Shown piece after piece: positions 1 to 10,242 of a stretch of 64,000 nt of DNA. The stretch covers positions 36,692 to 100,691 of the forward strand of contig CAYYFK010000001.1 in assembly GCA_964471565.1 (NCBI GenBank), written 5' to 3'. Position numbers and translations under genes: made by a program. Below the pieces are notes generated by a model. That model saw only the letters and a list, made by a program, of their open reading frames with translations, searched no databases and was not told the DNA's origin. The stretch is from Candidatus Woesearchaeota archaeon (GTDB taxonomy: Archaea; Nanobdellota; Nanobdellia; SCGC-AAA011-G17; PNOQ01). Numbering within the stretch: the first letter of the stretch is position 1; the number at the start of each line of letters is the position of its first letter.

Positions 1-189
1 TTGTTCTCTTGTACATTCATCAACTAATCCTTTAATAGGTTCAACTTGAGAAGCAACAAAAACATCTGCCCTCTCATCACTAGTTATGTTTCCAAGAAGA
101 TCTCCTTGTATAAAAAACAGCCAAGCTAGAACAGCCAAAACAACAATTCCTAAGATTATAAAGATAGTTACCTGTCCTCTCTTTTGCAT
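1..189 (-). CDS. Type IV pilin-like protein with class III signal peptide (partial; continues beyond window start)
   Basis: Reverse-complement translation from ATG at 189: MQKRG|QVTIFIILGIVVLAVLAWLFF..., i.e. KRG followed by about 20 hydrophobic residues. Frame stays open to position 1. Confidence 0.55.
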   Translation of the reverse strand, partial: MQKRGQVTIFIILGIVVLAVLAWLFFIQGDLLGNITSDERADVFVASQVEPIKGLVDECTREQ

Positions 190-227
190 AAATGAAAATA
201 TAAGAACTAAATATATAAAGGTTTCCC

Positions 228-983
228 TTAATCGTTACTAACCCTCGGTGCAAGGATGGTTCTCAACTGTAATCTGTCAGTCAAACCATAAACAATTTCC
301 AATGGATAATCACTTCCAAATTTCAAAGAAACCTTATCTGTTAATTTTGACCCTTTGATTATTTTTTTTAAATACTCAACAGAATATTTTGACTTAACAC
401 TATCCTCATCTCCACCGCCAAACTCGATTTGATTTCCTTCATTAGATTTAATATTTACTTTGGCATCAGAGACATGACTTGCTGCCTCAATAATAAATTC
501 ATCTTTCAATGCAGACAAAATAATGGAATCTGCAATTATTGCCATATCTTCAACAACTTCATTAAAAACACTAGAATTCATTTCAATACTAACTGGAAAT
601 TTTAGCTCTGGAATTTTCTGTTCTCTTTCTCTTATATCAATAAGGCCTAAATTAAATTTTCTTTTACCTTCTCCATCTAACATTATTTTTAATCTATTTT
701 TTTCATTGTCTAGTTCCAAAGTTGTTTTATCATTTGCCTTGGTTCTACTTAATATCTGTTTAAAACTATCTAAATTAATTGCAATTGTTTCCTCCCCTTG
801 AACATCATATTCAACAAAAGAGCTACTCAATAATCTAAAAACAATCATGGCCACATTAGCAGGATCCATAGCAATAATTTCTAACTTATCAGAATCAAAT
901 TTTATTTGAACATCACTTACTAAATCGGAAATAATACTCACGCTCTCTTTTAATAATCTCGGCTCAGCCAATACAACTTTCAT
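228..983 (-). CDS. pcn: DNA polymerase sliding clamp PCNA
   Basis: 251 aa. N-terminus MKVVLAEPRLLKESVSIISDLVSDVQIKFDSDKLEIIAMDPANVAMI matches the archaeal PCNA family in length and pattern. Confidence 0.85.
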   Translation of the reverse strand: MKVVLAEPRLLKESVSIISDLVSDVQIKFDSDKLEIIAMDPANVAMIVFRLLSSSFVEYDVQGEETIAINLDSFKQILSRTKANDKTTLELDNEKNRLKIMLDGEGKRKFNLGLIDIREREQKIPELKFPVSIEMNSSVFNEVVEDMAIIADSIILSALKDEFIIEAASHVSDAKVNIKSNEGNQIEFGGGDEDSVKSKYSVEYLKKIIKGSKLTDKVSLKFGSDYPLEIVYGLTDRLQLRTILAPRVSND

Positions 984-1027
984 CTTAAAAAGGAAAATGG
1001 AGGTTTGTTTTTAATGTTTTCTATACT

Positions 1028-1366
1028 TTAGTATACTCTCCATCTATGTCTACATTTAGTGCACTCAAAAAACCTAGTTTCGGATTCATCACTTGATCGA
1101 GTTTGCAACGTCCAGAAATATGCTTTCTTATTTCCACATTTATTACATTCTTCATCAACCTTTGGCAAAGTTTCAATTTTCTTATCCTGAATTTCTATTT
1201 CTTGCTCTTTAGTTAATCCAACCTTTTCTTTTAAAATCAAATTTTCGGCTTTCCCCCGGGGACTATGTCCACAGGATGAACAACTCGCTTTTTTCTTTTC
1301 ATTATCTAATATCATTAAAGACCCGCATTTTTGACAAAACATTCCGTTCATTTTACCAACCCCCAA
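1028..1366 (-). CDS. tfs: Transcription factor S / RNAP subunit M-like
   Basis: N-terminal C4 Zn-ribbon (CQKCGS...CSSCGH). C-terminal TFIIS-type ribbon CNKCG...QTRSSDESETRFFECTKCRHRW. Confidence 0.85.
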   Translation of the reverse strand: MGVGKMNGMFCQKCGSLMILDNEKKKASCSSCGHSPRGKAENLILKEKVGLTKEQEIEIQDKKIETLPKVDEECNKCGNKKAYFWTLQTRSSDESETRFFECTKCRHRWRVY

Positions 1367-1998
1367 AACATATTTATTATTTCACTAAATTTTATTTTTA
1401 CCCAGCCAAGCAAAGGTAATCTAAACACTGCCTTCCCTATTAATTTGTCTTCACTAATGTCTTCTTCATTTCCAGACATTCTTTCATTATTGTCTCCTTT
1501 TGTTTGGAAATGATATCCTTCATCATCACTCCAAAGATGGACGACCCGATGAATAATTGGGTAATTTAATCCCCCATCAAAAACCACTACATCTCCCACT
1601 TTTATATCTTTCGCTTCTTTCCCAACTAATACAATAACATCTCCTTTGTTAAATCCATTTTTAAAACTATATTCCTCAAAATCTTCCATAGTAATTTCAT
1701 ATTCCTCATACCACTCACCACAAGTTTCCCAATAAGATTTTAAAGAAAAGGGTCCTTTTTTATCAACTTTAGTACCACATAAAATTGGATTCTGACAATC
1801 GTCATCCAAATAACAAGATGACCTATGCTCCATGCTTTCAGAAACAACTGCAACAATTGGATAACCAGTTCCTAAAACGAAACCAATTCCAGGATAGATG
1901 AGAAACTTAACAAGAATAAATGCTAAAATAATAGACACAATCCAACTCCATAAGGAATCTTCGTGCCATAAAAAGTTCCAAATCTTCTTAAAATTCAT
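1348..1998 (-). CDS. Signal peptidase I (archaeal Sec11-type)
   Basis: N-terminal TM segment followed by VVSESMEH (SGSMEP-like catalytic Ser motif). Has a Cys-rich insertion. Confidence 0.6.
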   Translation of the reverse strand: MNFKKIWNFLWHEDSLWSWIVSIILAFILVKFLIYPGIGFVLGTGYPIVAVVSESMEHRSSCYLDDDCQNPILCGTKVDKKGPFSLKSYWETCGEWYEEYEITMEDFEEYSFKNGFNKGDVIVLVGKEAKDIKVGDVVVFDGGLNYPIIHRVVHLWSDDEGYHFQTKGDNNERMSGNEEDISEDKLIGKAVFRLPLLGWVKIKFSEIINMFWGLVK

Positions 1999-2034
1999 AA
2001 CCTAACTTTACAATACTGCCATTTAAAAAACTTT

Positions 2035-2307
2035 TCAAAAGGACTTAATCTTAACTAGGAACTCAGAATTCTTTTTCTTTATCCTTTCAACAGCCAATAA
2101 CAAGGCTTTCTTAGGATCTTCCTTCCCATCCGTTTCAACAATCAAGATTGGATTGCCAACCAAAGGATGGTCTACGTTATAACCTGAAACCTTTATATGA
2201 GAGTCACTCCACAGTTCTCTCCGCAATACATTAGCTAGTGTATGGTCTTCCCCTTCTATCCTAATTTTGAGAGAACTTTTAGATTCTTCTAATATTTTTA
2301 GTTCCAT
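2035..2307 (-). CDS. rpoL: DNA-directed RNA polymerase subunit L (Rpo11)
   Basis: 90 aa. IRIEGEDHTLANVLRRELWSDSHIKVSGYNVDHPLVGNPILIVETDG matches the Rpo11 fold signature. Confidence 0.8.
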   Translation of the reverse strand: MELKILEESKSSLKIRIEGEDHTLANVLRRELWSDSHIKVSGYNVDHPLVGNPILIVETDGKEDPKKALLLAVERIKKKNSEFLVKIKSF

Positions 2308-2336
2308 ATTATAAAATTAGTGAAAATTCTCCTATT

Positions 2337-2933
2337 TTAAAGCTTTCGCTTTAACATCCAGATTCCTACATTTGTAGGGTATTTTTCTGATTTATGAAAT
2401 TTCATAGTTTTCTTTAAAATTATCTCTTTGGCTTCAATTCCAACAACTTCAAACTCATTTTCCTTAGATAATTTATCAATAAATGTTTTACTTTCAATTT
2501 TATGGATAGAATAAATACTATTAGAAATTTCCATTGCCTTTTCTAAAAAATTCTTATCCGCGTGTTCTTGTTGAACCCCGAAAGGAGGATTCATTACAAC
2601 GGTATCAACTTTCTCATCAAATTCCAATATATCCATTTTTCTAAAATGAACATTTTCAAATTTACAATTTCTAATTGCTACATCTAAAGCCCCATTATCA
2701 ACATCTAAAAAATATACTACTTTTGCTCCAAGCAACAAAGCACCAATGCCAAAAATTCCATTTCCACAACCCAAATCTGCAACAATCTTATTCTCAATAT
2801 CTCCTTGCATAAACGCATTCCAAAGAATATGTGCAGCTAATTCGGAATCAGTTGGATACTGTTCCAACTCAGGCTTAACATTTTCAAATTTTTCTAATTT
2901 AGATAATTCTATAGCTAACTTTTTCTTATTCAT
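2337..2933 (-). CDS. SAM-dependent methyltransferase, METTL5-like (putative rRNA adenine N6-methyltransferase)
   Basis: DLGCGNGIFGIGALLLGAKVVYFLDVD (motif I) and VVMNPPFG (NPPF amino-methyltransferase motif). 198 aa. Confidence 0.55.
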   Translation of the reverse strand: MNKKKLAIELSKLEKFENVKPELEQYPTDSELAAHILWNAFMQGDIENKIVADLGCGNGIFGIGALLLGAKVVYFLDVDNGALDVAIRNCKFENVHFRKMDILEFDEKVDTVVMNPPFGVQQEHADKNFLEKAMEISNSIYSIHKIESKTFIDKLSKENEFEVVGIEAKEIILKKTMKFHKSEKYPTNVGIWMLKRKL

Positions 2934-3384
2934 TTTTCTTCAACAAATCACCAATAGTTAAATTCTTATCTTTAAAATCTATTTCCTTGCTTTCTTTTTT
3001 TACATTAATCCTAGGCGCTTTTTCTATAAGTTCAATTTTCAAATAAAAATTTAGTTTCTTGGCTAATTTAAAATCTGGTTTCATTTTCCCAGATTCAATT
3101 TGATGAATTATCGATTCTCTTTCACCAACATCCCTAGCCAATTCTTCTTGTTTTAATCCTTTTTTCTCTCTTGCAGTTTTTATCAGTTCAGAATAATCTT
3201 CAACAATCACTTCAACATCTTCTTCTCTCCTCTCGAAGGTTTTCACTTCTCTAATAACTCTTGGCTCAGATATAGCAACTACTTGACCATGTTTGCTACA
3301 ATCTGGACAAACTTTTAACATAGAGCCTTCAACAATAGCATCAGTTAAGTTGCCTTCTTTCCCACACATTTCGCAAGTAGTCAT
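2926..3384 (-). CDS. mbf1: Multiprotein-bridging factor 1 (Zn-ribbon + HTH-XRE regulator)
   Basis: N-terminal CEMCGK...CPDCSKHG ribbon. C-terminal HTH segment LKQEELARDVGERESIIHQIESGK. Confidence 0.75.
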   Translation of the reverse strand: MTTCEMCGKEGNLTDAIVEGSMLKVCPDCSKHGQVVAISEPRVIREVKTFERREEDVEVIVEDYSELIKTAREKKGLKQEELARDVGERESIIHQIESGKMKPDFKLAKKLNFYLKIELIEKAPRINVKKESKEIDFKDKNLTIGDLLKKNE

Positions 3385-3387
3385 TTT

Positions 3388-4029
3388 CTAGATTAAAGCC
3401 TGTATACTTTCAATCTCATTAAATCCATTTAATAACTTTCCGTTAACAACAATTGAAGGAACTCCTGTAACTTTATACTTTTCCTTAAGAATTTCTACCT
3501 CGGTCAATCCAAGGTCATAATCAAATGAATAAATCCTTATGTTTTCATTCTCTTCATAAATAAAATCTAAAATAAATCCTTGTTTCTCACAAGAAGGACA
3601 TTTTTCTTTATCATTAGAATAAAAATAGAGTATCAAATCATAATCTGTTCCGCACTTTCTGTTTAAATCACTATAATATAAAAAATCATTAATTTCCAAC
3701 AGAGAATAATACGTTTTTAGAGTAAGAACTCTCTCATCTTCTTTTCCTAATTCACTTTCTAGCCTGGCTATCCTAAATCTAATTTCTTCATATTCTCCAC
3801 CAAGTTGGGAATTATCCTCCAAATATTCACAAGGATATTCGCCAAGTAATCTATACTGCAAATCATATCTCAATAGATCTGTCTTCATATCAGATAACTC
3901 ATTCAAAGTACCAGAATAATTTAAACTATTAACAAAAAATCCCAAAAGAAAAGCAACAGCAAAGATTAGAGTAGTAATTACAAAGGTCATAAAATAATAT
4001 TTTTTCGTTATCTTTCTTTTAACTACCAT
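3388..4029 (-). CDS. Membrane-anchored thioredoxin-fold (DsbA/glutaredoxin-like) thiol-disulfide oxidoreductase
   Basis: N-terminal TM helix. CPSC active site followed by VTGVPSIVVNGK (cis-Pro thioredoxin-fold signature). Overlaps the upstream GT2 gene by 7 nt. Confidence 0.5.
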   Translation of the reverse strand: MVVKRKITKKYYFMTFVITTLIFAVAFLLGFFVNSLNYSGTLNELSDMKTDLLRYDLQYRLLGEYPCEYLEDNSQLGGEYEEIRFRIARLESELGKEDERVLTLKTYYSLLEINDFLYYSDLNRKCGTDYDLILYFYSNDKEKCPSCEKQGFILDFIYEENENIRIYSFDYDLGLTEVEILKEKYKVTGVPSIVVNGKLLNGFNEIESIQALI

Positions 4030-5276
4030 TTTTGATTCCTCTGAAATATAAAATCAATGAATACCCCTAACCATATCGTCATAACAAACAACCCGTATAT
4101 GATTAAATAGACAGGTAGGACAAACCACCCATATTTAAATATTTTTTCTTTATGCGCTTCATGCGACCATTTTATCAAAACAGTAGCAAAGAACAACGCC
4201 ATAATAGCTAACGTTAACATGGTATATGATAACGAAAACCAGTGAAACTGTAAATTATCAAATAGGGATAAAAAATCAAAATTAATACCTTGTAGATTTG
4301 ATATCCAATTTAAGGTTTTTTGGGCACCTAAAAATAGCCCCATTAAAAATAGAAGGGCTATCAAAATCCCTGTGGCTAAAAAACTGGGAAATTCCATCAT
4401 TCCAAAATCTCCATATTGCCGATTAAACATCATTTTTCTATATTTCAAAGAATTGACAAGCCCTCCCTTGTACCACCTATTTCTCTGATGATAAAAAGAA
4501 ATTAGATTGTCTGGAGCAGAAGTATATGAGACCACATCTAATACTTGAACTAACCTATAATGGTGTTTCTGCAATCTCAATGATACTTCCAAATCCTCAG
4601 TTAAATTATTTTCAGAAAATCCCCCAATTTTAATCAAGACATCTTTCTTATACACACTAAACGGACCTGGAGCAACAGGAACACAATCTAAAAAAGACAT
4701 AGCATACTTGTAAAAAAAAGTTGCTAGATATTCTATCCACTGAAATTTTTCTATTATTTTTTTTGGATTTCTGACTTTTATAATTGGCAAAACACAGGCA
4801 ACTTCTTTATCTTCAAAATAAGGCAACATTTTTTGCAATGCTTCTTTATCAATAGTTGAATCCGCATCAAAAACAACAAAATACTCTCCTTTAGCAAGTT
4901 TCAGAGCATGATTGATTACTGCCCCTTTTCCCCTATTAACTTCAGAAATTAATTTAATCTTGCTATCTGAATACTTTTCAATAAACTCTTTAACAACTTT
5001 TTTTGTACCATCCTTGCTTCCATCGTCCATAACAAATAATTCTATCTTATCTTTTGGATAATTTAAATCCACAACAGATTTCATAGTTTTCCAAATTCTT
5101 TTTTTTTCATTCCAAGCAGGGATTGTAATACTAACTAAAGGAAATTTTTCAAGTTTTTTATTTTCTTTTTTTGGTTCATTAAAAATCCTATCTAACGCAA
5201 CAAGTAACCAGAAAATTAAGAAGAAGGAAGAAGTGTACAGTACAAATAAATAGAATATATCATAAAACTCAAGCAT
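4023..5276 (-). CDS. Family-2 glycosyltransferase, processive cellulose/chitin-synthase-like
   Basis: FVMDDGSKDGT, VVFDADS (D,D,D motifs), QRNRW (QxxRW processivity motif). TM helices at both ends. Confidence 0.7.
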   Translation of the reverse strand: MLEFYDIFYLFVLYTSSFFLIFWLLVALDRIFNEPKKENKKLEKFPLVSITIPAWNEKKRIWKTMKSVVDLNYPKDKIELFVMDDGSKDGTKKVVKEFIEKYSDSKIKLISEVNRGKGAVINHALKLAKGEYFVVFDADSTIDKEALQKMLPYFEDKEVACVLPIIKVRNPKKIIEKFQWIEYLATFFYKYAMSFLDCVPVAPGPFSVYKKDVLIKIGGFSENNLTEDLEVSLRLQKHHYRLVQVLDVVSYTSAPDNLISFYHQRNRWYKGGLVNSLKYRKMMFNRQYGDFGMMEFPSFLATGILIALLFLMGLFLGAQKTLNWISNLQGINFDFLSLFDNLQFHWFSLSYTMLTLAIMALFFATVLIKWSHEAHKEKIFKYGWFVLPVYLIIYGLFVMTIWLGVFIDFIFQRNQKW

Positions 5277-5344
5277 ACTCTTTACCTCTTTTCATTCCAA
5301 TAATAATACTTATATGTATCATAAAAGGGCAAATAATAAAAAAC

Positions 5345-5872
5345 TTATAAGTCTTTGGAATCTTCATTTACTGCTTCAAATAGCTTCTTTGCATCTAAAG
5401 AGGTTTTCAAACTATCTTCAACAACATCAAAATAATCATAGAATTTCTGTGTTAATTTTAGTATCCTTGTTCTTCCAAATCTTTCAGAAGTCAAAAATCC
5501 CTCTTCTTTCAATTTCTTAATATGATCGTATGATTTATTCCCCCTAATATTTGTAACATCTGACTGAACAGCAGGTTGCCTATAAGCAATAATTGCCAAA
5601 GTTTCTTGAGTTGGTTTATCTAATTCTGCATCAGATAACAAAGATTCTGTCAAATACAAAAATTCTTTCCTTATATTCAGCCTCCACAGATCATTTTCAT
5701 TAACAATTTGTAAAGCAGAATTCTTTTTCTCATAGTCTCCCTTCAATTCTTGTAAAACTTGTTTCAAATAACCAGTACTTCCAATACTAGCCAATTTACC
5801 TAAATCTTCTAATTTCAAGAATTTCCCTGTAGTAAACAAAACCGCCTCTATCCTATTCTTCGCATCTTGCAT
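5345..5872 (-). CDS. scpB: Segregation and condensation protein B (ScpB)
   Basis: 175 aa. IEAVLFTTGKFLKLEDL... has the ScpB winged-helix N-terminal pattern. Confidence 0.6.
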   Translation of the reverse strand: MQDAKNRIEAVLFTTGKFLKLEDLGKLASIGSTGYLKQVLQELKGDYEKKNSALQIVNENDLWRLNIRKEFLYLTESLLSDAELDKPTQETLAIIAYRQPAVQSDVTNIRGNKSYDHIKKLKEEGFLTSERFGRTRILKLTQKFYDYFDVVEDSLKTSLDAKKLFEAVNEDSKDL

Positions 5873-5924
5873 ACTTGCCTAAATAAGTTTAGAATTTATA
5901 AAAGTAATGAAAAAAAAGAAAAAA

Positions 5925-6647
5925 TTAGATGGAGCAGCACATTGTGTGAACCTCTTCATCTGGTGATAATTCATAGTTACAAGTAAGAATATGTCCATCT
6001 TGTGCCATCCATTGCCCAAATACACATTTAGTTTGTTCACCATTCTCACTATTATAGAAGTCACAAACTTCTTTAACATCTACTGGAGTAGAATTATAAA
6101 GACCTGAGAAAGTCAATAAACAGTCTTCCTCAAACATATCCAAAACGTCTTTTTCCTCACAACACATCGTATCCATCTTAATCCAGTGTATAGCTCCTCC
6201 CTCTTCAATAACTTCATCCCAATTATTAATAAGGTACTCATACTCGATTCCTTCATCACATGCCAATAAAGTAGAGGTAGCAATTTCCCCATAAGGAGTC
6301 ACATACTCTACAACAGATTCACTGAATGAACAGGTACCAGAACAAAACTCACTTCCAGTCAAAACTCCATCTAAATTGTCATCTAATGATCTATATCCAG
6401 GATAAGTATAATTATTACCTTGGCTGTCTTCATTTATCTGGACAGTTGGGAATACATCACATGCTACTCCACCTGGGAAATCCTCACTTTCTTCAGTATC
6501 TTCATCTCCCTCATTACCTGGTTTCAATTCTTCATCAAAGGGCAACCCAAAATATCCTTCACCAAAAGGACTCTCTTGGGCCTTAGTACATCCAGTCAAC
6601 CCAATAACTATCATCATCAAAAAAACTCCAAAGATTAATCTTTTCAT
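5925..6647 (-). CDS. Secreted acidic Cys-rich protein with lipobox-like signal
   Basis: MKRLIFGVFLMMIVIGLTGCTK (L-T-G-C). Highly acidic, 13 Cys. Confidence 0.55.
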   Translation of the reverse strand: MKRLIFGVFLMMIVIGLTGCTKAQESPFGEGYFGLPFDEELKPGNEGDEDTEESEDFPGGVACDVFPTVQINEDSQGNNYTYPGYRSLDDNLDGVLTGSEFCSGTCSFSESVVEYVTPYGEIATSTLLACDEGIEYEYLINNWDEVIEEGGAIHWIKMDTMCCEEKDVLDMFEEDCLLTFSGLYNSTPVDVKEVCDFYNSENGEQTKCVFGQWMAQDGHILTCNYELSPDEEVHTMCCSI

Positions 6648-6716
6648 TATATCACCTCAATTATTAATTAATAAAACTAAGATAGTTCAATATATAATCT
6701 TTATTCTGGACAAGCC

Positions 6717-7808
6717 CTAATAAACAGGAAATCTCAAAATGGCAGCAAATCCGCCCATTTCTTTCAGTTGAGTACCTTCTCTAGTTTCAATAGAAATAAT
6801 TTTAAACTCGCTTCCAGAATCTTCGGCTAATTTCTCCAATTCTTCCATATCTTTATCTTCCAAATCTTCAGATAATAAAAGAACTTTAACCGCCCCTAAT
6901 TCCAAGGCCTTACGAACTTCATCTTTTCCATAAGAAACTTTATCAGATTCAGTAGCCAATTTTTGAAAAAATTCTTGCATTATTTTCTTTTCTTCAACAA
7001 TAACTTCATTTGCCAAAATATCTTGACTTTTATCTACAAGCTCATTCAAACCAAAGGTTCCAGTATAACCTAAATCTTTAACACCAACAACTTTATTTTT
7101 CAAAGCAGCATACATATAATCTCCTTTCAAAAAATCTTCTTTAGTTGGCCCAGGCCCTCCGACCAAAATACCTTTCAACGTTTTCATTTCAAAAAATTCC
7201 TTATTCGCTGTCGCACCAACTTTCTTAAAAAACTCTTTAGCTGCAATATCTCTTAATCTAGCATACCTCTGTTGAGATTGGCCTCCTTTTGTTGTTTTCC
7301 CAGGAACATTAGAAGTAAAACTGGCAAGTTCAACAATAGTCGTTCCTTTCAATAACCCAATAGTTCCCTCTCTCCTATCCACAACAACCAAACCATACGC
7401 TTCATCATAATCCAAAAACTTTTTTAGAGGTTCAGTAACAAAAGTCTGATCGCATCTATACATCCGAATATTCAAAACCTCTGGAGGTTCAAGACTAAAA
7501 ACTTCAAGCTTTGGATGTCCTTCTTTCTTAGAAACATTACCTGCAAAAACAGCAAGACCGTTTGTAGGTGTTTTTCCAACAACCCTTAGATGCCTAATAG
7601 CTTTCTCTAAAGAATTAATTACATTATCTCTAGTTTGCTTATCTTTAATATTACTTGCAGTACCTTGCTCTTGTGATAAATGAGAAATAATTTTTGTCAA
7701 TTCATATCCTGCAGGAATATACACACTAACTAACTCCGTATGTCTCCCTCTAACACTATCTAAATTCGAAATAAATCTTTTTAATTTCTGTTTAGTTTTT
7801 GTATCCAT
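6717..7808 (-). CDS. prf1: Peptide chain release factor aRF1
   Basis: GGQSQQRYARLR (GGQ motif) and NIKD (NIKS-like). 363 aa. Confidence 0.9.
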   Translation of the reverse strand: MDTKTKQKLKRFISNLDSVRGRHTELVSVYIPAGYELTKIISHLSQEQGTASNIKDKQTRDNVINSLEKAIRHLRVVGKTPTNGLAVFAGNVSKKEGHPKLEVFSLEPPEVLNIRMYRCDQTFVTEPLKKFLDYDEAYGLVVVDRREGTIGLLKGTTIVELASFTSNVPGKTTKGGQSQQRYARLRDIAAKEFFKKVGATANKEFFEMKTLKGILVGGPGPTKEDFLKGDYMYAALKNKVVGVKDLGYTGTFGLNELVDKSQDILANEVIVEEKKIMQEFFQKLATESDKVSYGKDEVRKALELGAVKVLLLSEDLEDKDMEELEKLAEDSGSEFKIISIETREGTQLKEMGGFAAILRFPVY

Positions 7809-7814
7809 TTTAAA

Positions 7815-10223
7815 CTAAAGATTAATACCAAATTTGCCTACTAAAATATCTTTCGCATTTGTAACTGCTTTCAAATCGTCTAAAACTATATCTAATAATA
7901 GCTTTTCATCATCTCCAATGGTCAAAATAATCTCCTCCTTAAGAGATTTATTATGTTTTGCCTTAAACTCTCTAACTTTACCTAAAACTTCAACAAATTT
8001 ATCCCAAGTTTTTTCAGCAACTTCATTTTTTAATTTTTTATCATATTCTGGCCAAGTAGAAATGTGGATACTCTTATTTTTTTCAAAATCATACAAATTA
8101 TAAATTTCTTCGGTGATGAAAGGCATTATTGGAGCAAATAATTTTAAAGTGTTCAAAATCAAATACCTCAAGGTATACTGAGCACTCCTTCTTTCTCCAA
8201 CTCCCCTTTTATCAGGATTATACAATCTATCTTTAGCAATTTCCAAATAATTATCGCAAATTTGACCCCAAAAAAATGCCTCAGTAATTAATTTAGATTT
8301 AGAATACTCATGTTTTTCAAACAATTCAGTGCTTTCCTTTATCAAATCATTGAACTTAGAAATTATCCCTTGATCAATTAAATTTAACTTAACTTTTTTA
8401 TTATCAAAGTCTTCCAAATGCATAAGAGAAAACTTAGAAGCATTCCAAAGTTTAATTACAACTTTTAATCCATTAGCCAATTCATCTGGTTTATATGAAA
8501 AATCCTTTCCAAGAGCGGCACCAGAGGACCAAAATCTTAAAGCATCCGCACCATATTTTTCCAAAACATCTTTTGGATCTACAGCATTTCCTTTAGATTT
8601 ACTCATTTTCTTTCCTTTAGAATCCAAAACATGCCCAGAAATAACAATATCTTTCCAAGGAATTTCTCCATTATTATAAAGCCCCTTAACAATTGTATAA
8701 AATGCCCACGTTCTTATGATATCATGTGCCTGCGGTCTTAAGGACATTGGATACATTTTACCAAAATCAACATCTCGATACTTCTCATCTTTATCTTTTA
8801 TCCAATTCAAAACAATTTGAGGAGTAACTGAAGAAGTTGCCCAAGTGTCCATAACATCCTCTTCTGGAATAAAATTTTCAGAACCACAACTACATTTCTT
8901 AGAAGGTTTATCTTTTAATGGGTCAACTGGTAAATCTTTTTCACTAGCAAAGATTGGTTTTTCACATTTTTTACAATACCAAATAGGCAAGGGAACACCA
9001 TATGATCTCTGCCTAGAAACTCCCCAATCCCACTCTAAGTTTTCAACCCAATGATTATACCTAGTCTGCATAAAACTAGGGTACCATTTAATTTTTTTTC
9101 CAGCATTAATAAATTTTTTCTTCGACTTCAGAACCTCTATAAACCATTGTTTAGAAGTCAAAAATTCAATTTCAGTTCCACATTTATCATGAACATTAAC
9201 AATATGATTTATAGTTTCTTTATTTTTCAACAATTTTTCCTTTTCAAGTTCTTCCAAAATTAATTTTCTTGCTTCTTTAATCTTTTTTCCCTTATAATGT
9301 TTAGCAAGTTCATTCATAGTTCCGTCTTTATTAAAAACTATTCTAGGTTCAACTTTTCTTTTAGCTATTGCTTCAACATCATATTTGTCTCCATAACTAC
9401 AAACCATAAGAATTCCACTTCCTTTTTCAGGATCAGCAGATTCATCTGAAAAAATAGGAACTTCATAATCAAATAACGGAACTTTAGCTTTCTTTCCAAT
9501 TAAACTTTTGTACCTCTTATCTTTTGGATTTACATACACACATACGCAAGCAGGAATCAATTCTGGTCTTGTTGTAGAAATAATAATCTCTTTTTTTTCT
9601 ACCTTAAACACAACATCATTAAATGTACTAGAAAATTCCTTATCTTCTAACTCTGCTTGAGCTATTGCAGTCTGACAATTAACACACCACATAGTTGGAG
9701 CATATTTTTGATAAAGAGATCCTTTCTTATTGATATCAAGTAAGGATTTCTGAGATGTTTTAATACAGTGCTCATCTATTGTTGAATAAGTAGTATCAAA
9801 ATCACAACTCATCCCTATATCTTTCCAAGATTGTACAAAGGCAGGAGTTATTTCCTTAACTGTTTGTTGACAAAGTTTAACAAAATCTGATCTTTTCATA
9901 CCATTGTGCCTAACTTTTTTCAATTTTTCAACTAATCTCTCAGTTGGCAATCCATTATCATCAGTACCAAAAGGGAAAAAAACATTTTTTTGTTTCATTC
10001 TTTTATACCTAGCAATAAATTCAAATTGAGAATAATGCATAGCATGTCCTAAATGCATCTCTCCTGAAACAGTTGGAGGAGGGGTATCTACAGAATAAAT
10101 TTTTCCTTTTTTCTTGGGATCAAACTTGTAAATTTTTTCCTTTTCCCAATACTTATTCCATTTCCTCTCGGATTCCTTAAAATCATACTTCTTAGGTAAT
10201 TCCATAACAAAATAAACGCTCAA
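7815..10223 (-). CDS. valS: Class I aminoacyl-tRNA synthetase, most likely valyl-tRNA synthetase
   Basis: DTPPPTVSGEMHLGHA (HIGH region) and KMSKSKGN. 802 aa. Val versus Leu/Ile assignment is from the PPP-x-SG pattern only. Confidence 0.65.
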   Translation of the reverse strand: MSVYFVMELPKKYDFKESERKWNKYWEKEKIYKFDPKKKGKIYSVDTPPPTVSGEMHLGHAMHYSQFEFIARYKRMKQKNVFFPFGTDDNGLPTERLVEKLKKVRHNGMKRSDFVKLCQQTVKEITPAFVQSWKDIGMSCDFDTTYSTIDEHCIKTSQKSLLDINKKGSLYQKYAPTMWCVNCQTAIAQAELEDKEFSSTFNDVVFKVEKKEIIISTTRPELIPACVCVYVNPKDKRYKSLIGKKAKVPLFDYEVPIFSDESADPEKGSGILMVCSYGDKYDVEAIAKRKVEPRIVFNKDGTMNELAKHYKGKKIKEARKLILEELEKEKLLKNKETINHIVNVHDKCGTEIEFLTSKQWFIEVLKSKKKFINAGKKIKWYPSFMQTRYNHWVENLEWDWGVSRQRSYGVPLPIWYCKKCEKPIFASEKDLPVDPLKDKPSKKCSCGSENFIPEEDVMDTWATSSVTPQIVLNWIKDKDEKYRDVDFGKMYPMSLRPQAHDIIRTWAFYTIVKGLYNNGEIPWKDIVISGHVLDSKGKKMSKSKGNAVDPKDVLEKYGADALRFWSSGAALGKDFSYKPDELANGLKVVIKLWNASKFSLMHLEDFDNKKVKLNLIDQGIISKFNDLIKESTELFEKHEYSKSKLITEAFFWGQICDNYLEIAKDRLYNPDKRGVGERRSAQYTLRYLILNTLKLFAPIMPFITEEIYNLYDFEKNKSIHISTWPEYDKKLKNEVAEKTWDKFVEVLGKVREFKAKHNKSLKEEIILTIGDDEKLLLDIVLDDLKAVTNAKDILVGKFGINL

Positions 10224-10242
10224 ACTTTTTATTTAAAACTTT

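Noticed and set aside
523-801. Plus-strand 92-aa ORF, and many similar 60-110-aa ORFs antisense to large genes (e.g. 7834..8103, 8845..9263, 12440..12760, 16054..16467, 30192..35268 internal ORFs, 44593..45086)
   Set aside because: They lie wholly inside well-supported genes on the opposite strand. They have low-complexity or Leu/Phe/Ser-rich composition typical of shadow ORFs in AT-rich DNA, and no RBS or motifs.
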